Positions 1-11,519 of a DNA stretch of 64,000 nucleotides are shown piece after piece. Below the pieces are notes generated by a model. The model made no database searches, had not been told where the DNA came from, and was given only the letters and a program-made list of their open reading frames with translations. This stretch comes from Eledone cirrhosa (taxonomy: Eukaryota): the NCBI GenBank assembly GCA_964016885.1, contig OZ024740.1:435736001-435800000 (forward strand), in the 5' to 3' direction. Each line of letters opens with the position of its first letter. Within the stretch, counting starts at the first letter, position 1. The translations under genes were made by a program, and so were the position numbers.

Positions 1-236
1 CTAAGGCATTAGTTAATAAGGAAACAGTAATAGAAGGGTAAAAATCGACAATATCAAATTGGGTAAATCTACACTTATTTTTACCTTGTATATTATTGAA
101 CCAAGAAATAACAGAGGAAGTATTTAGCCACTATGATAGGTCAGTGTTAGTTCTAATTTGGAGAATTATTTTTCTTAAGATTTTCTTACTAGCAAGGCCA
201 TGTATATGTGGATAAACCAGGGTTTTTTTCATTTTT

Positions 237-294
237 TTCATTCTGAAGATTGAAGGAAACATTTTTTGCTTTTAAGAAACCTCTGGTGAATGGA
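237..294 (+). ncRNA. Type I hammerhead ribozyme, probably inactive (cleavage triplet GUG)
   Basis: ttcatt-CTGAAGA-stem II-GAAA-cctctgg-TG-aatgga. Stems II and III are degraded relative to the copy at 1516. Confidence 0.55.
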
Positions 295-389
295 TTAATT
301 GCCTTATGTTGCTTTATTACTTTACTACTATATATACGTTTATGTGAGGTTCATTTGTCTTATCTAATACTGAGCTTTACACATACACA

Positions 390-431
390 CATGTATGTGT
401 GTGTGTATGCATATGTGTATGTGTACGTGTA

Positions 432-472
<41 letters not shown>

Positions 473-529
473 ATATATATATATATATATATGTATGTAC
501 GTATATGTGTGCGTGTGTATTTATTTTTA

Positions 530-565
<36 letters not shown>

Positions 566-669
566 TATTTGGTTGTGCGTGCTTTTGATATATACGTATT
601 TGCATGTGTATAATTGTTTAGCTATGTATGTATATATATATGTGTGTGTGTGTGTGTGCGTTTATATTT

Positions 670-715
<46 letters not shown>

Positions 716-1137
716 ATATAATTACATATACATGTGTGTGTTTATATATTACACACGTGTGCGTGTTTGTGTATGTATGTGTATGTACGTGTTTATGTAT
801 TTGTATATGTATATTTATGTGTGAGTGTGCGTGTATGTGTTTACTATTTCGTACGTATGTATACGTGCTTTTGTGTGTATTACTTACCACGCGTGTCTGT
901 CCTGTTAGCTGGGGCATGTATCGGTGTCAAAAATTTATTAATTTTTTAATATATATATATATTTTTTTTTCTTATATTTATTTGCGTGTGTGAATATGTA
1001 GAGGAGTGCATTCATGTATGTCTATGTATGTACGTTATATGTTTGTGTGAATGTATGTATGTGTGTATATATATGTGTGTGTGTATGGCTATGTTTGTGT
1101 ATGTGTATGCTTGTACACACACATGTGTATGTGTGTG

Positions 1138-1184
<47 letters not shown>

Positions 1185-1400
1185 GTACATATGTATATAT
1201 GTGTGTGTGTATCTGTGTGTGTGTGTGTGTATATGTGTGTGTATGTATGAATGTATGTATGTGTATATGTGTGTGTGTATGTGTGTGTAGATGTACGTTT
1301 TATATATATATGTGTATATGTATATGTGTATGCGTACATTTATATATATGTATATATGTATGTGTGTGTAAGTATGCTTTTGTGTTTTTTTGTGTGTGTG
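390..1400. repeat. Compound (TG)n/(TA)n/(TATG)n microsatellite
   Basis: Direct reading. It explains the V/C/Y/I-rich spurious ORFs. Confidence 0.95.
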
Positions 1401-1515
1401 TTTGCATGTGTAGTTTTATTTTATTTTTCCTTTCTTTCTCCCTTCTCCAGCCTCACTTTCATATAGATTGCATTTTTGTTTTAGAATCCAAATTCAATAA
1501 ACAAACCAGGATTTT

Positions 1516-1575
1516 TTTAATTCTGAGGATTGAAAGCAAAACCTTTTGCTTTTAAGAAACCACTGGTAAATGGAA
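1516..1575 (+). ncRNA. Type I hammerhead ribozyme
   Basis: CTGAGGA (1523-1529), stem II ttgaaagcaaaa/ttttgcttttaa, GAAA (1556-1559), stem III cca-c-tgg, cleavage triplet GUA, then aatggaa. Confidence 0.75.
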
Positions 1576-1723
1576 TAATTGCCTTATGTTGTTTATTACA
1601 TAATAATAATAATTAAGCTCTGTTGCCTACATAGAGCACTCTTTTTTCCTGGACTTTTCCGATGGAATTACTTCACATATATATATATATATATAGACAG
1701 ATATATATATATATATTATAGAC

Positions 1724-1754
<31 letters not shown>

Positions 1755-1916
1755 TCTATATATATATATATATATATATATATGTAGATAAATCTACCAA
1801 GAGTTTACGGTAGTGTCCAATCCGTATGAAGAACTCAAGTAATCCGGATATCATGGAAAGAAGAGATGCATTCAAAAATCACTTTCGGTGAAAGATAAAC
1901 GGAATACAGAGTCAAG

Positions 1917-2664
1917 ATAAAGTATTAAAAAAAAATGAATAAAACAATGAAACAGTTCCTTATATTAAACAAAAAAAGTTCATTATTTAACGATCGTTTC
2001 TAGGACATATATGTGTTAGAATTGGTATGCATATTCAACAGATCTATGTACAAAATCATACAAAATTATACAAATTATCAAATATAATATACATATTAAA
2101 TATAATATACATATTAAATATAATATACATATTAAACAAAAAAAGTTCATTATTTAACGATCGTTTCTAGGACATATATGTGTTAGAATTGGTATGCATA
2201 TTCAACAGATCTATGTACAAAATTATACAAAATTATACAAATTATCAAATATAATATACATACCAACACATACATATGCCGTCTTCAGAAATAATGAAAT
2301 ATATTTATTGATAATAACAACAATTCAAAATTACAGGTCTGTTTGGGAACAGAGTTCAAATTGACCAATGAAATACACAAAAATATATCAAGAAAATACA
2401 GTTAGGTGTGTGTATATATGTAAGTAACTTCGTTCACAGATATGCATAAAAATATATGTTCACATGCATACGCATGTCGAAAAAATGTATGTAAATACAA
2501 AAATTCAGGGCTAATGTCTCTGTATGTTTATAATCTACAGATAAAATACACATACGTATATAAACATATATACATTCATATATACACACATATACATACA
2601 TTCACACACACACGCGCATATACACATAAACATACACATACCCACGAACATACACACACACACA

Positions 2665-2701
<37 letters not shown>

Positions 2702-2968
2702 GTATATATTATTATTATTATAACTATATGGATATTAAGGCGCACACAAAAACACTGCCACATATATTTTTATATCCAGATGCAGAAGTGGGTAAGGGGG
2801 TCAGTAATTACTAAGGGTGTCAGAGAACTGCCTATTTATAAAATGTATCTATAAATTTAGAAATAAAAAGAAATATATTAAAAAAAATATAAACAAGTAA
2901 AATATATACTCATACATAAAATACACACCGATATACATATATATATATATATACACACATATATATAC

Positions 2969-2999
<31 letters not shown>

Positions 3000-3230
3000 C
3001 ACATATACATACATACATACATACATACATACATACATACATACATACATACATACATAGAGACACATACATATACATATATAAATACATAGACACACAT
3101 ACAAACACACATATATATATACATATATTCACAACACACATACATATATACACATATATGTACACACACATACACACATACATATATATACATATATACA
3201 TACACACACATATATATATACACACATATA
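1917..3230. repeat. Left arm of the inverted pseudo-LTR pair (partner 7484-8558); contains an internal ~165 bp tandem duplication near 1970-2260
   Basis: The reverse complement matches 7484-8558 nearly base for base outside microsatellite length differences (e.g. ggggtcagtaattactaagggtgtcagagaactgcc). Confidence 0.9.
2146..2298 (-). ncRNA. Type I hammerhead with enlarged stem II (left pseudo-LTR)
   Basis: Minus strand: ttcattattt-CTGAAGA-~115 nt hairpin-GAAA-cgatcg-TT-aaataatgaa. Stem I is 10 bp and stem III is palindromic. Confidence 0.65.
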
Positions 3231-3271
3231 TACACACACATATACATATATATATACACATACACACACAC

Positions 3272-3302
<31 letters not shown>

Positions 3303-3504
3303 TACATATACGTATATATACACACACATACACATATCCATGTATGTATATACACATACAACCACACGCTCACACAACTCAGACATACATAAATAAAGAG
3401 ATATACATACACACATATACACATATATATATATACATACATATAGATATATACATACACATAAATATATACACACACACACACACACACATATATACAT
3501 ACAC

Positions 3505-3535
<31 letters not shown>

Positions 3536-3740
3536 TATATATATATATATATAAAAATAAATAAATAAATAAATAAATACACACAGTCAGACAATTATGC
3601 ACACATATATATATATACATACACACATCTCTATAAATATATATACACATACACACGCACACATACATATATACATACACACATATATATATATATAGAC
3701 ATACATATACACACATATATATACATATATATACATATAT

Positions 3741-3771
<31 letters not shown>

Positions 3772-4049
3772 CAATCATAGACACTTATTTAAATGCGCAC
3801 ATATGTATTTTTATACTCACATACAAACACCCAAACATACATACCTACTTACATACACATACATACATCCACGCTTACAAATACAAATAATTATAGGGGG
3901 CGGGGGATTAAAATTATTAGTGGGAAATAGTAAATATAGGTTTCAAGGAACATAGAATATTAATCTGCATTTAGATCATAATATATGTTTACATAGTAGT
4001 TTCAGTATTAGGAAATGTAAGAAAGAAGGCAAAATTATGCATTTTAATA

Positions 4050-4414
4050 TAAGTAGACTATTAATTAAAGGTTAACTAAATTAAAAATAGTTAATATATT
4101 GATTTCTAAGGTGTATACTACTTAGGTTTATAATATTTGAAGCGGAATTTTGAAGTTAAACAGTAGTAGAGTATTAATTATAGCATAACTAAATTAAAAT
4201 ATTAACATTATGGTATCAATATTAGGAAATGAATTTAGTAATAGGGAAAACCAAATCAAGTATTTCATCGGTAGTAGAATATAAATTATAGGTTAACTAA
4301 ATTAAAAATTATATATTAATTTCTATAGTATATGTTAATTAGGTTTATAATAATTAAAGCAGATTTTGTATTTTATCTATAGTAGAATATAATTATAGGT
4401 TAACAAAAATTAAA

Positions 4415-4459
<45 letters not shown>

Positions 4460-4980
4460 ATTGTAAAGAATATATTAATTAGGTATATATTTAAAAATTT
4501 ATTTCAGTTTATGATTACATGATATTCTGCAATCCATCTGTATTGGAATTTTAATTTTAAGCTAATTAAATTAAAATTATAGGTTAACTAAATTAAAATT
4601 AATTTATAAATAAATTTCTAAATTGTACATTAATTAGGTTTATAATATCAAAAAATATTTCTCTGTTATTGATTACACGATATTTTGTTATATTTCATCT
4701 GTAAAGGAATATTAATAAAAGGTTAAATAAACTAAAATTAATCTATAAATTAATTTACAAAGTATATATTAATTATGTTAATAATATTTAAAAGTTTTTC
4801 ACAATTTATGATTACACAATATTTTTTAAAACTCATCTGTATTAGAATTTTAATTAAATTAAATTTATAGGTTAACTACATTTAAATTAAATTATATATT
4901 AATTTCTAAAATATATAATATTAATTAGGTTTATAATATTTAAATGTTTTTCTCAGTTTATGATTACACGATATAATTAA
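4050..4980 (-). repeat. Decayed ~150-bp tandem repeats derived from the end of the PLE ORF
   Basis: Variants of 'ttaattaggtttataatat...gattacacgat' near 4921, 4770, 4630, 4475, 4335 and 4120. Confidence 0.7.
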
Positions 4981-7356
4981 TTCCTGTCGCTTATTTAATA
5001 AGATATCCTTAGATTTCATTATTTCAAATAGTTCTTGGGAACATAATCTACATTCATTTCTATTATTTTGATAAGGGGTGGCTCTTTTGAGCACACTCCA
5101 GGTCATATCATATTCTATATTCTTATTTCTATAACTATTAATTTTTTCTGCTAGAGATGTTGTATTAGCCAGTGCGGCATTTTAAAAACTATGTTTGTGG
5201 GTATTAAACCTTACCTTAAAATTGTTAGAAGTAGCTCCTATATATGAGCAAATAGAATCTTTAGTTTTAACTTTACATTTATAAACTATGTTATTAACAA
5301 GACAATTTCCTTTTAATGGGCAGTTTGCTTTGTTTCTACAGTTACAACCTTTCGTTAATTCTGTATTTGAGGAGATATTATGGTTAGTTTGATGTATTGG
5401 TGGTATACTTATGGTATTTTTACATTTATATGCATTATAGGCACTTATATTTTGTTTTATGTTTTTGGTTGTTGAGTATGAGAATTTAACTGTTGACCTA
5501 TTTAAGATTTGATGGTATTTGTGGTTTGGCGGGAAGTTTTTCTCTAGGATATAAAAATTTTTTTTAGCAATATTATCCTTAATTTGTAAATTAAATGGAG
5601 CATTATACCAAGTAACTCGTCTATTACGGTTTCTATGTTGTTTATTATTTTTATAGGTTGTATCGTGATGTTTACTAGGAGGATTAATGTTAATGACCTC
5701 ACCACGCACATTTTTAGTTAGATTTATTGATTTAGGTGTTTTATCTTGTTTATTAGGAGTTTTATTATTAACATTTATTAGAGTTGTATGATGAGTAGTT
5801 TTTTGAGAGTTACTATACTTTATATTAGAGGAGTTGTTGGTATTTTGGGGTATAGTGTGGGTGGCATTTAGGTGTGTACTTTTCATTTGGTGTTTGTTGG
5901 TAATATTAGGTTGTATGTTTATAGTATTTTTAGTAGAAGGTATATATTCTAATCTATTTTTGTGGCCACTTCTATCTAGAGCTTCGTTATAGAAGGTCGC
6001 ATTTTTATCAAATACATCTTGGTTAGACGAAAGGTTAGAAATTCTAAGTGATATATTATATCCAAGGTTTTTAAGGATAGATTTAGGGTGATTAGATTGT
6101 GAGTGTATGTAGTGTAAGTTTTGGTTGGGTTTATGGTAAGGTTGGTAGATACCCGTAGCTAAGTCTAAAGTTATATCTAGGAAATTAACTACTTTACTTG
6201 TGTTTTCAAAAGTAATATGAAGACTATAATAGTCTTTAAGGAAAGTTCTAATAAGCTTTTTGTTTTTTTCTATTTCTGAGAGGCTAAGGTTGTTGGAAAG
6301 AAGAAGACAGTCATCACGATATAAACCACCTTTAAGGTGGGGAAAGGAAGCATTTATGTTGAAAAGAAGAAAGAGGCCCACAAGATCAGTAATTTGGGCA
6401 GAATCGCTTGAACCCATAGTAATATCAAATAGATTACTATATGTGTTTCTGGTCCAGTATTCATTCTGAAATTCAATAAGTGTTAGTCTAGCATGTGTAA
6501 TAATATTAATGTCATCCAAAGTTAAGTTAGATCTATTTTTAGCAAATATCAAAGCTTTGTTCAGGAGTATAGGTGATATAGAAGAATAGTAATTATCTAT
6601 ATCAAATTGTAGAAATGAAGCAGAAGATTTACATCTAATATTTTTAAACCAGTTAATTACCTGGGAAGTGTTTTCCCAGAGTGGTAAATTAACATGTTTT
6701 CTTATTTGTGGGATGACTCTATCCAAAATTTTTTTGCTAATTATTCCAATTTCAGATTTGGAGGGACATATAAGTCTTATAGAAGGATTTGAGTTAAAGT
6801 TTGATTTATGATCCTTCAGGTTGAAGTGTGGTCTTTTCAATGCCAAAGGTTCAGTTCTATCTTCAATGTTTAGTTTTTTTACTATGTTGTGTGTTTTGTT
6901 GTTGATGTTGGTGAGTGACGCATTATTAGATTTTTTATAATTTTTCCTGAGTTCTTTATATATGAACTCATTATAATCTTCAATATCCATGTGATACAAG
7001 TTTCCAGTTTTATCCGAGTGGACATGGATTTTTTTAGACTTTTTTAGGTCCAATAGGGTAGAATCAAGGTCCTTTTGAAAGACAGATTTATACTTCTTAA
7101 ATTTGAGGTGTTTAATTAAATTAAAAAGGTCTTTCTCAAAGTCTTCAAGTAGAGAGTTGTGTGGTGGATTCTTGTAAGTATTGAAATCATACATATATTT
7201 CCTATCTGCATATTTAGATTTTTTATCGAAGTGGTAGGCCCTCCATCTAACTCTTCTGATAAATTGGTTAGTTTTCTGTATCATAAGGAGTAAGAAGTCA
7301 TCCTTAGAAGGTATTGGTATATTCTTTAAAGAGGTTCCCAAGTATTGTTTTTCCAT
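4921..7356 (-). pseudogene. PLE reverse transcriptase-GIY-YIG endonuclease ORF with one in-frame TAA (5182-5184); resembles Hydra-type PLEs
   Basis: Motifs SLKNIPIP, FNLKDHK, QFDIDNYYSSI, ITMGSSDSAQITDLVG, GLYRDDCL, VNFLDITL and YIHSQSNHP. EN region CNCR..CPL.GNC..IVYKC..YIGAT..FKVRFNTHKHSF, continuing in the same frame after the stop (NAALANTTSLAE..W..CRLCSQE..LLNKRQE..CNHK). Confidence 0.9.
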
Positions 7357-7483
7357 TGTGATATGGATAATGGACAATAGAAAGAGCTCAACTAAATGTA
7401 TATGGGGTTATAAAATCATACATATATATGTATATACATAAATATAAAATTAACACACACATACAGTACAAAAATACGTATAT

Positions 7484-7707
7484 ATGTGTATATATATGTG
7501 TGTATATATATATGTGTGTGTATGTATATATGTATATATATGTATGTGTGTGTACATATATGTGTATATATGTATGTGTGTTGTGAATATATGTATATAT
7601 ATATGTGTGTCTATGTATTTATATATGTATATGTATGTGTCTCTATGTATGTATGTATGTATGTATGTATGTATATGTGTATATATATGTATATATATAT
7701 ATGTATA

Positions 7708-7740
<33 letters not shown>

Positions 7741-8558
7741 GTATATCGGTGTGTATTTTATGTATGAGTATATATTTTACTTGTTTATATTTTTTTTAAT
7801 ATATTTCTTTTTATTTCTAAATTTATAGATACATTTTATAAATAGGCAGTTCTCTGACACCCTTAGTAATTACTGACCCCCTTTACCCACTTCTGCATCT
7901 GGATATAAAAATATATGTGGCAGTGTTTTTGTGTGCGCCTTAATATCCATATAGTTATAATATATACATATGTGTGTGTGTGTGTGTGTATGTTCGTGGG
8001 TATGTGTATGTTTATGTGTATATGCGCGTGTGTGTGTGAATGTATGTATATGTGTGTATATATGAATCTATATATGTTTATATGCGTATGTGTATTTTAT
8101 CTGTAGATTATAAACATACAGAGACATTAGCCCTGAATTTTTGTATTTACATACATTTTTTCGACATGCGTATGCATGTGAACATATATTTTTATGCATA
8201 TCTGTGAACGAAGTTACTTACATATATACACACACCTAACTGTATTTTCTTGATATATTTTTGTGTATTTCATTTGTCAATTTGAACTCTGTTCCCAAAC
8301 AGACCTGTAATTTTGAATTGTTGTTATTATCAATAAATATATTTCATTATTTCTGAAGACAGCATATGTATGTGTTGGTATGTATATTATATTTGATAAT
8401 TTGTATAATTTTGTATAATTTTGTACATAGATCTGTTGAATATGCATACCAATTCTAACACATATATGTTCTAGAAACGATCGTTAAATAATGAACTTTT
8501 TTTGTTTAATATAAGGAACTGTTTCATTGTTTTATTCATTATTTTTTTAATACTTTAT
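7484..8558. repeat. Right (upstream, inverted) pseudo-LTR arm of the PLE
   Basis: Inverted copy of 1917-~3230. Confidence 0.9.
8343..8495 (+). ncRNA. Type I hammerhead with enlarged stem II (right pseudo-LTR)
   Basis: ttcattattt (8343-8352), CTGAAGA (8353-8359), GAAA (8474-8477), cgatcg, TT, aaataatgaa (8486-8495). Confidence 0.65.
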
Positions 8559-8583
8559 ATATATATATATATTTTTTTTTTTA

Positions 8584-11490
8584 ATGACCATGCTGTAAAA
8601 TGGAGGGGTAGAGAGGGCCCTTGAGTCTAGTAAGACATCCTCTCTAGTGCTGGTGGCACAAATAAAAGCATCCAGTCCATGCTGTAAAGTGGCGCTGGTG
8701 TTAGGAAGGGCATCCAACCAGTGTATCAATGCCAAAACGCTTATCAGCACAGCAACAAATAGGAACAACAACAAAATATGAAGACGTTGCATCTCACATT
8801 TGCAACACTTAATGTTGGCACTCTCAGAGGTAGATCTGCTGAAATAGCGGAGATGCTGGAGAGAAGGCAGGTAGATGTGTGCTGCGTGCAAGAGGTGAGA
8901 TGGAGAGGTGCCTCTGCGAGACTAGTCGTAGGCAAGCGTCTTAGCTATAAGCTATTCTGGGTAGGTAAGGATGATGGGTTAGGGGGAGTAGGCATTTTCC
9001 TGGCTGAGAAATGGATCAATAAGACAATAGAGGTAGTTCGAGTTAGTAATCGAATAATTAAGCTTAGATTAGTTGTAGGCAGAAGACTACTGACAATCAT
9101 CTTGGCCTATGCTCCCCAAGCAGGCCTAGGGAAAGATGAGAAAGACTGCTTTTACGAGCAACTTTTACAAACAACCGCAATGACAGAGGACGGAGACATC
9201 GTTATGCTAGCAGGAGACTTCAATGGTCATGTTGGACAGCTCCAGGATGGTTACACTAGGGTATATGGTGGGCACGGTTACGGTTTCAAGAAATGAAGAA
9301 GGAGTGAGACTTCTTGAATTTTGTGATGCAGGTACATTGACTATTTGCAACACAAACTTCCAGAAACCTGCCAATCACCTAATAACCTACAAATCTGGTG
9401 AGCACATAAGGCCAGATTGACTTCCTGCTAGTTAGGCAGCGGGACAGGCAGATAGTGTCTAATACCAAGGCATACCCTGGGGAAGAATGTACCCCACAGC
9501 ATAGGTTAGTTGTTAGTGATATCTCAGTAAGCAAGAGACGGAATGAGACATACAGGAAGGTGTGGAGAAGAAAGGTCTGGAAGCTAAAAGACCTTTCACT
9601 AAAATACAAATTTAGGAAAGCCCGTCAAGATGTATATGACGAAAAAGAAGTCGATTTAGAAACGTATGACATAGATAATAACTGGAATTTCTTACATGAC
9701 AACTTGCTGCAGGCTACTGATGAAACTTGTGGCTGGAGCAGAGCCCCAACCAGACAGAGAGTGACCTGGTGGTGGAACAGCACAGTAGATAAGGCCATTA
9801 GAGACAAAAGACTAGCATGGAAGGCTTGGGAAAAGGGTGGGAGTAGGGAAGAATATACAGCCACTAAGAGAGAAGCTAGACGTCAGGTGTACTTAGCACG
9901 CAGGGAGGTGGAGAGTAGGAGGTTTGCCAATGTTCTGCGACGGGAAGATCAGAGGCGTGCGGTGTTCAACATTGCAAGGCAGTGTGTCAATGCAAATCAG
10001 GATGTTGTTGGAGATAAATGTGTCCGGGATAATGCCGGTGTACTTAGTGTCACGAATGATCAGAAAAAGGAGGCCTGGAAATGTCATTATGAGAGACTGA
10101 TGAATGTGGAGAATGAATGGGAGAGAGAGAAATTACCCTTAGTAGATCCGACAGAGGGACCAGCTATTGAGATTGACGAATATAGGGTCCAAGAGGCGAT
10201 TAGGGAAATGAAAAATGGTAAGGCTGCTGGACCATCGGGAATAGTTGCTGAGATGCTGAAGGCATCAGGGGACGTAGGCACTAAACTGGTTGCATGCATC
10301 ATCAATCAGGCTATATATGGTGGTGTCATACCCAAAGACTGGTGCAGCAGTATTCTCATAAATTGCTACAAAGGTAAAGGGGATGCTCTGGAGAGGAGCA
10401 ATTATAGGGGTATAAAACTGATGGATCAGGTTATGAAAGTGGCAGAAAGGATATTAGCACAACTAATTAGAGAAAGGGTCAAACTAGATGAGATGCAGTT
10501 TGGTTTTGTGCCTGGGAAGAGTACAACAGATGCCCTCTTCTTGTTGATACAATTGCAAGAGCGGTTCTTAGAGAAAAATAAGCCACTATACTTAGCCTTT
10601 GTTGACCTAGAGAAGGCCTTTGATAGGGTACCCCGATCTGTCATCTGGTGGTCCCTAAGGAAAGTGCAAACTTTGTATAGAGGTGCTGTCAGTAAAGTGA
10701 GGGTAGGAATGGAGTTTAGTGAGGAATTCCAGATACAAGTAGGAGTACATCAGGGTTCGGTCCTCAGTCCGCTCTTGTTCATTAAAGCCATAGCAGAGGG
10801 GTTTAAGACTGGCTGTCCATGGGAAGTAGAGGGGCAAGAGAATAAATTCTGGCTATGGAAACAGCAGTTGGAAGCAAGAGGACTGAGAGTGAACCTAGCT
10901 AAGACGAAAGTGTTGATGAGTAGAAAAGAGGACAAAACCCTGATTCCGTCAGGGAAATGGCCATGTTCGATATGCAGAAAAGGAACTGGCATAAATTCTA
11001 TAAAATGCACACAATGCAGATCCTGGGTACACAAGAGATGTAGCGGAATAGCAGGCAAACTAACAGGTAGGAAGAAATATGTATGCAGTAGATGTACAGG
11101 GAAATTAGACAGTAGAAGTCGCATTGATAGACACATCTTTCAGATGCAGGAGGGCACTATAGAAGTGGTGGATAGCTTCCGGTACCTAGGAGATCAGATT
11201 AGCATGGGAGGAGGGTGTTCCGAGGCCATAGTATCTAGAATAAGGACGGGTTGGAAGAAGTTTAGGGAGCTGCTTCCTCTGTTGACGAAGAAGGGTTTCT
11301 CGCTGCGTACGAAAGGCCGGTTGTGTGATGCCTGTGTGAGGAGCATGATGCCGCATGGTAGTGAGACTTGGGCAGCAACCGCAGAGGATATGCGACAGCT
11401 GGAGAGAAATGAGGCAAGCATGCTCCGTTGGATGTGCAGTGTAAATGTGCGTGTACGACCCAGCATAAATGTGTTGAGAGAGAAACTGTG
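8584..11490 (+). mobile_element. RTE-clade LINE, family A copy 1 (APE endonuclease + RT + PHD); defective and 3'-truncated
   Basis: EN motifs TLNVGTL, CCVQEVRW, AYAPQ, GDFNGHVG. RT motifs YRGIKL, QFGFVPGKSTTDA, AFVDLEKAFDRV, GVHQGSVLSP. Frameshifts near 9290 and 9410; the YADD segment is deleted. Confidence 0.92.
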
Positions 11491-11519
11491 TCTGTATATG
11501 TGTCTATATATGTGTGTGT

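Larger units (their letters stand above)
200..1680 (+). mobile_element. Non-coding tandem module with two HHR-bearing repeats (~210-320 and ~1490-1600) and a 3' tail (1612-1678); PLE pseudo-LTR or retrozyme-like
   Basis: The segment 'aaaccagg..ttCTGAnGAttgaa..gcttttaaGAAAcc..tgg..ttgccttatgttg' occurs twice ~1.28 kb apart and again at 21808-22020. The module ends in (TA)n. Confidence 0.55.
1785..8558 (-). mobile_element. Penelope-like retroelement (RT plus C-terminal GIY-YIG) with inverted terminal repeats
   Basis: RT-EN ORF at 7356-4921, long 3' region containing an HHR, 7484-8558 is an inverted copy of 1917-~3230, and (TA)n flanks both sides. Confidence 0.9.

Noticed and set aside
250-3784. 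Many short YI/VC/HT-rich ORFs (also at 7484-8106 and 22-26 kb)
   Set aside because: Translations of dinucleotide microsatellites.
5182-5184. Programmed readthrough or selenocysteine in the PLE ORF
   Set aside because: The codon is TAA, not TGA. A single nonsense mutation or base-call error is simpler.
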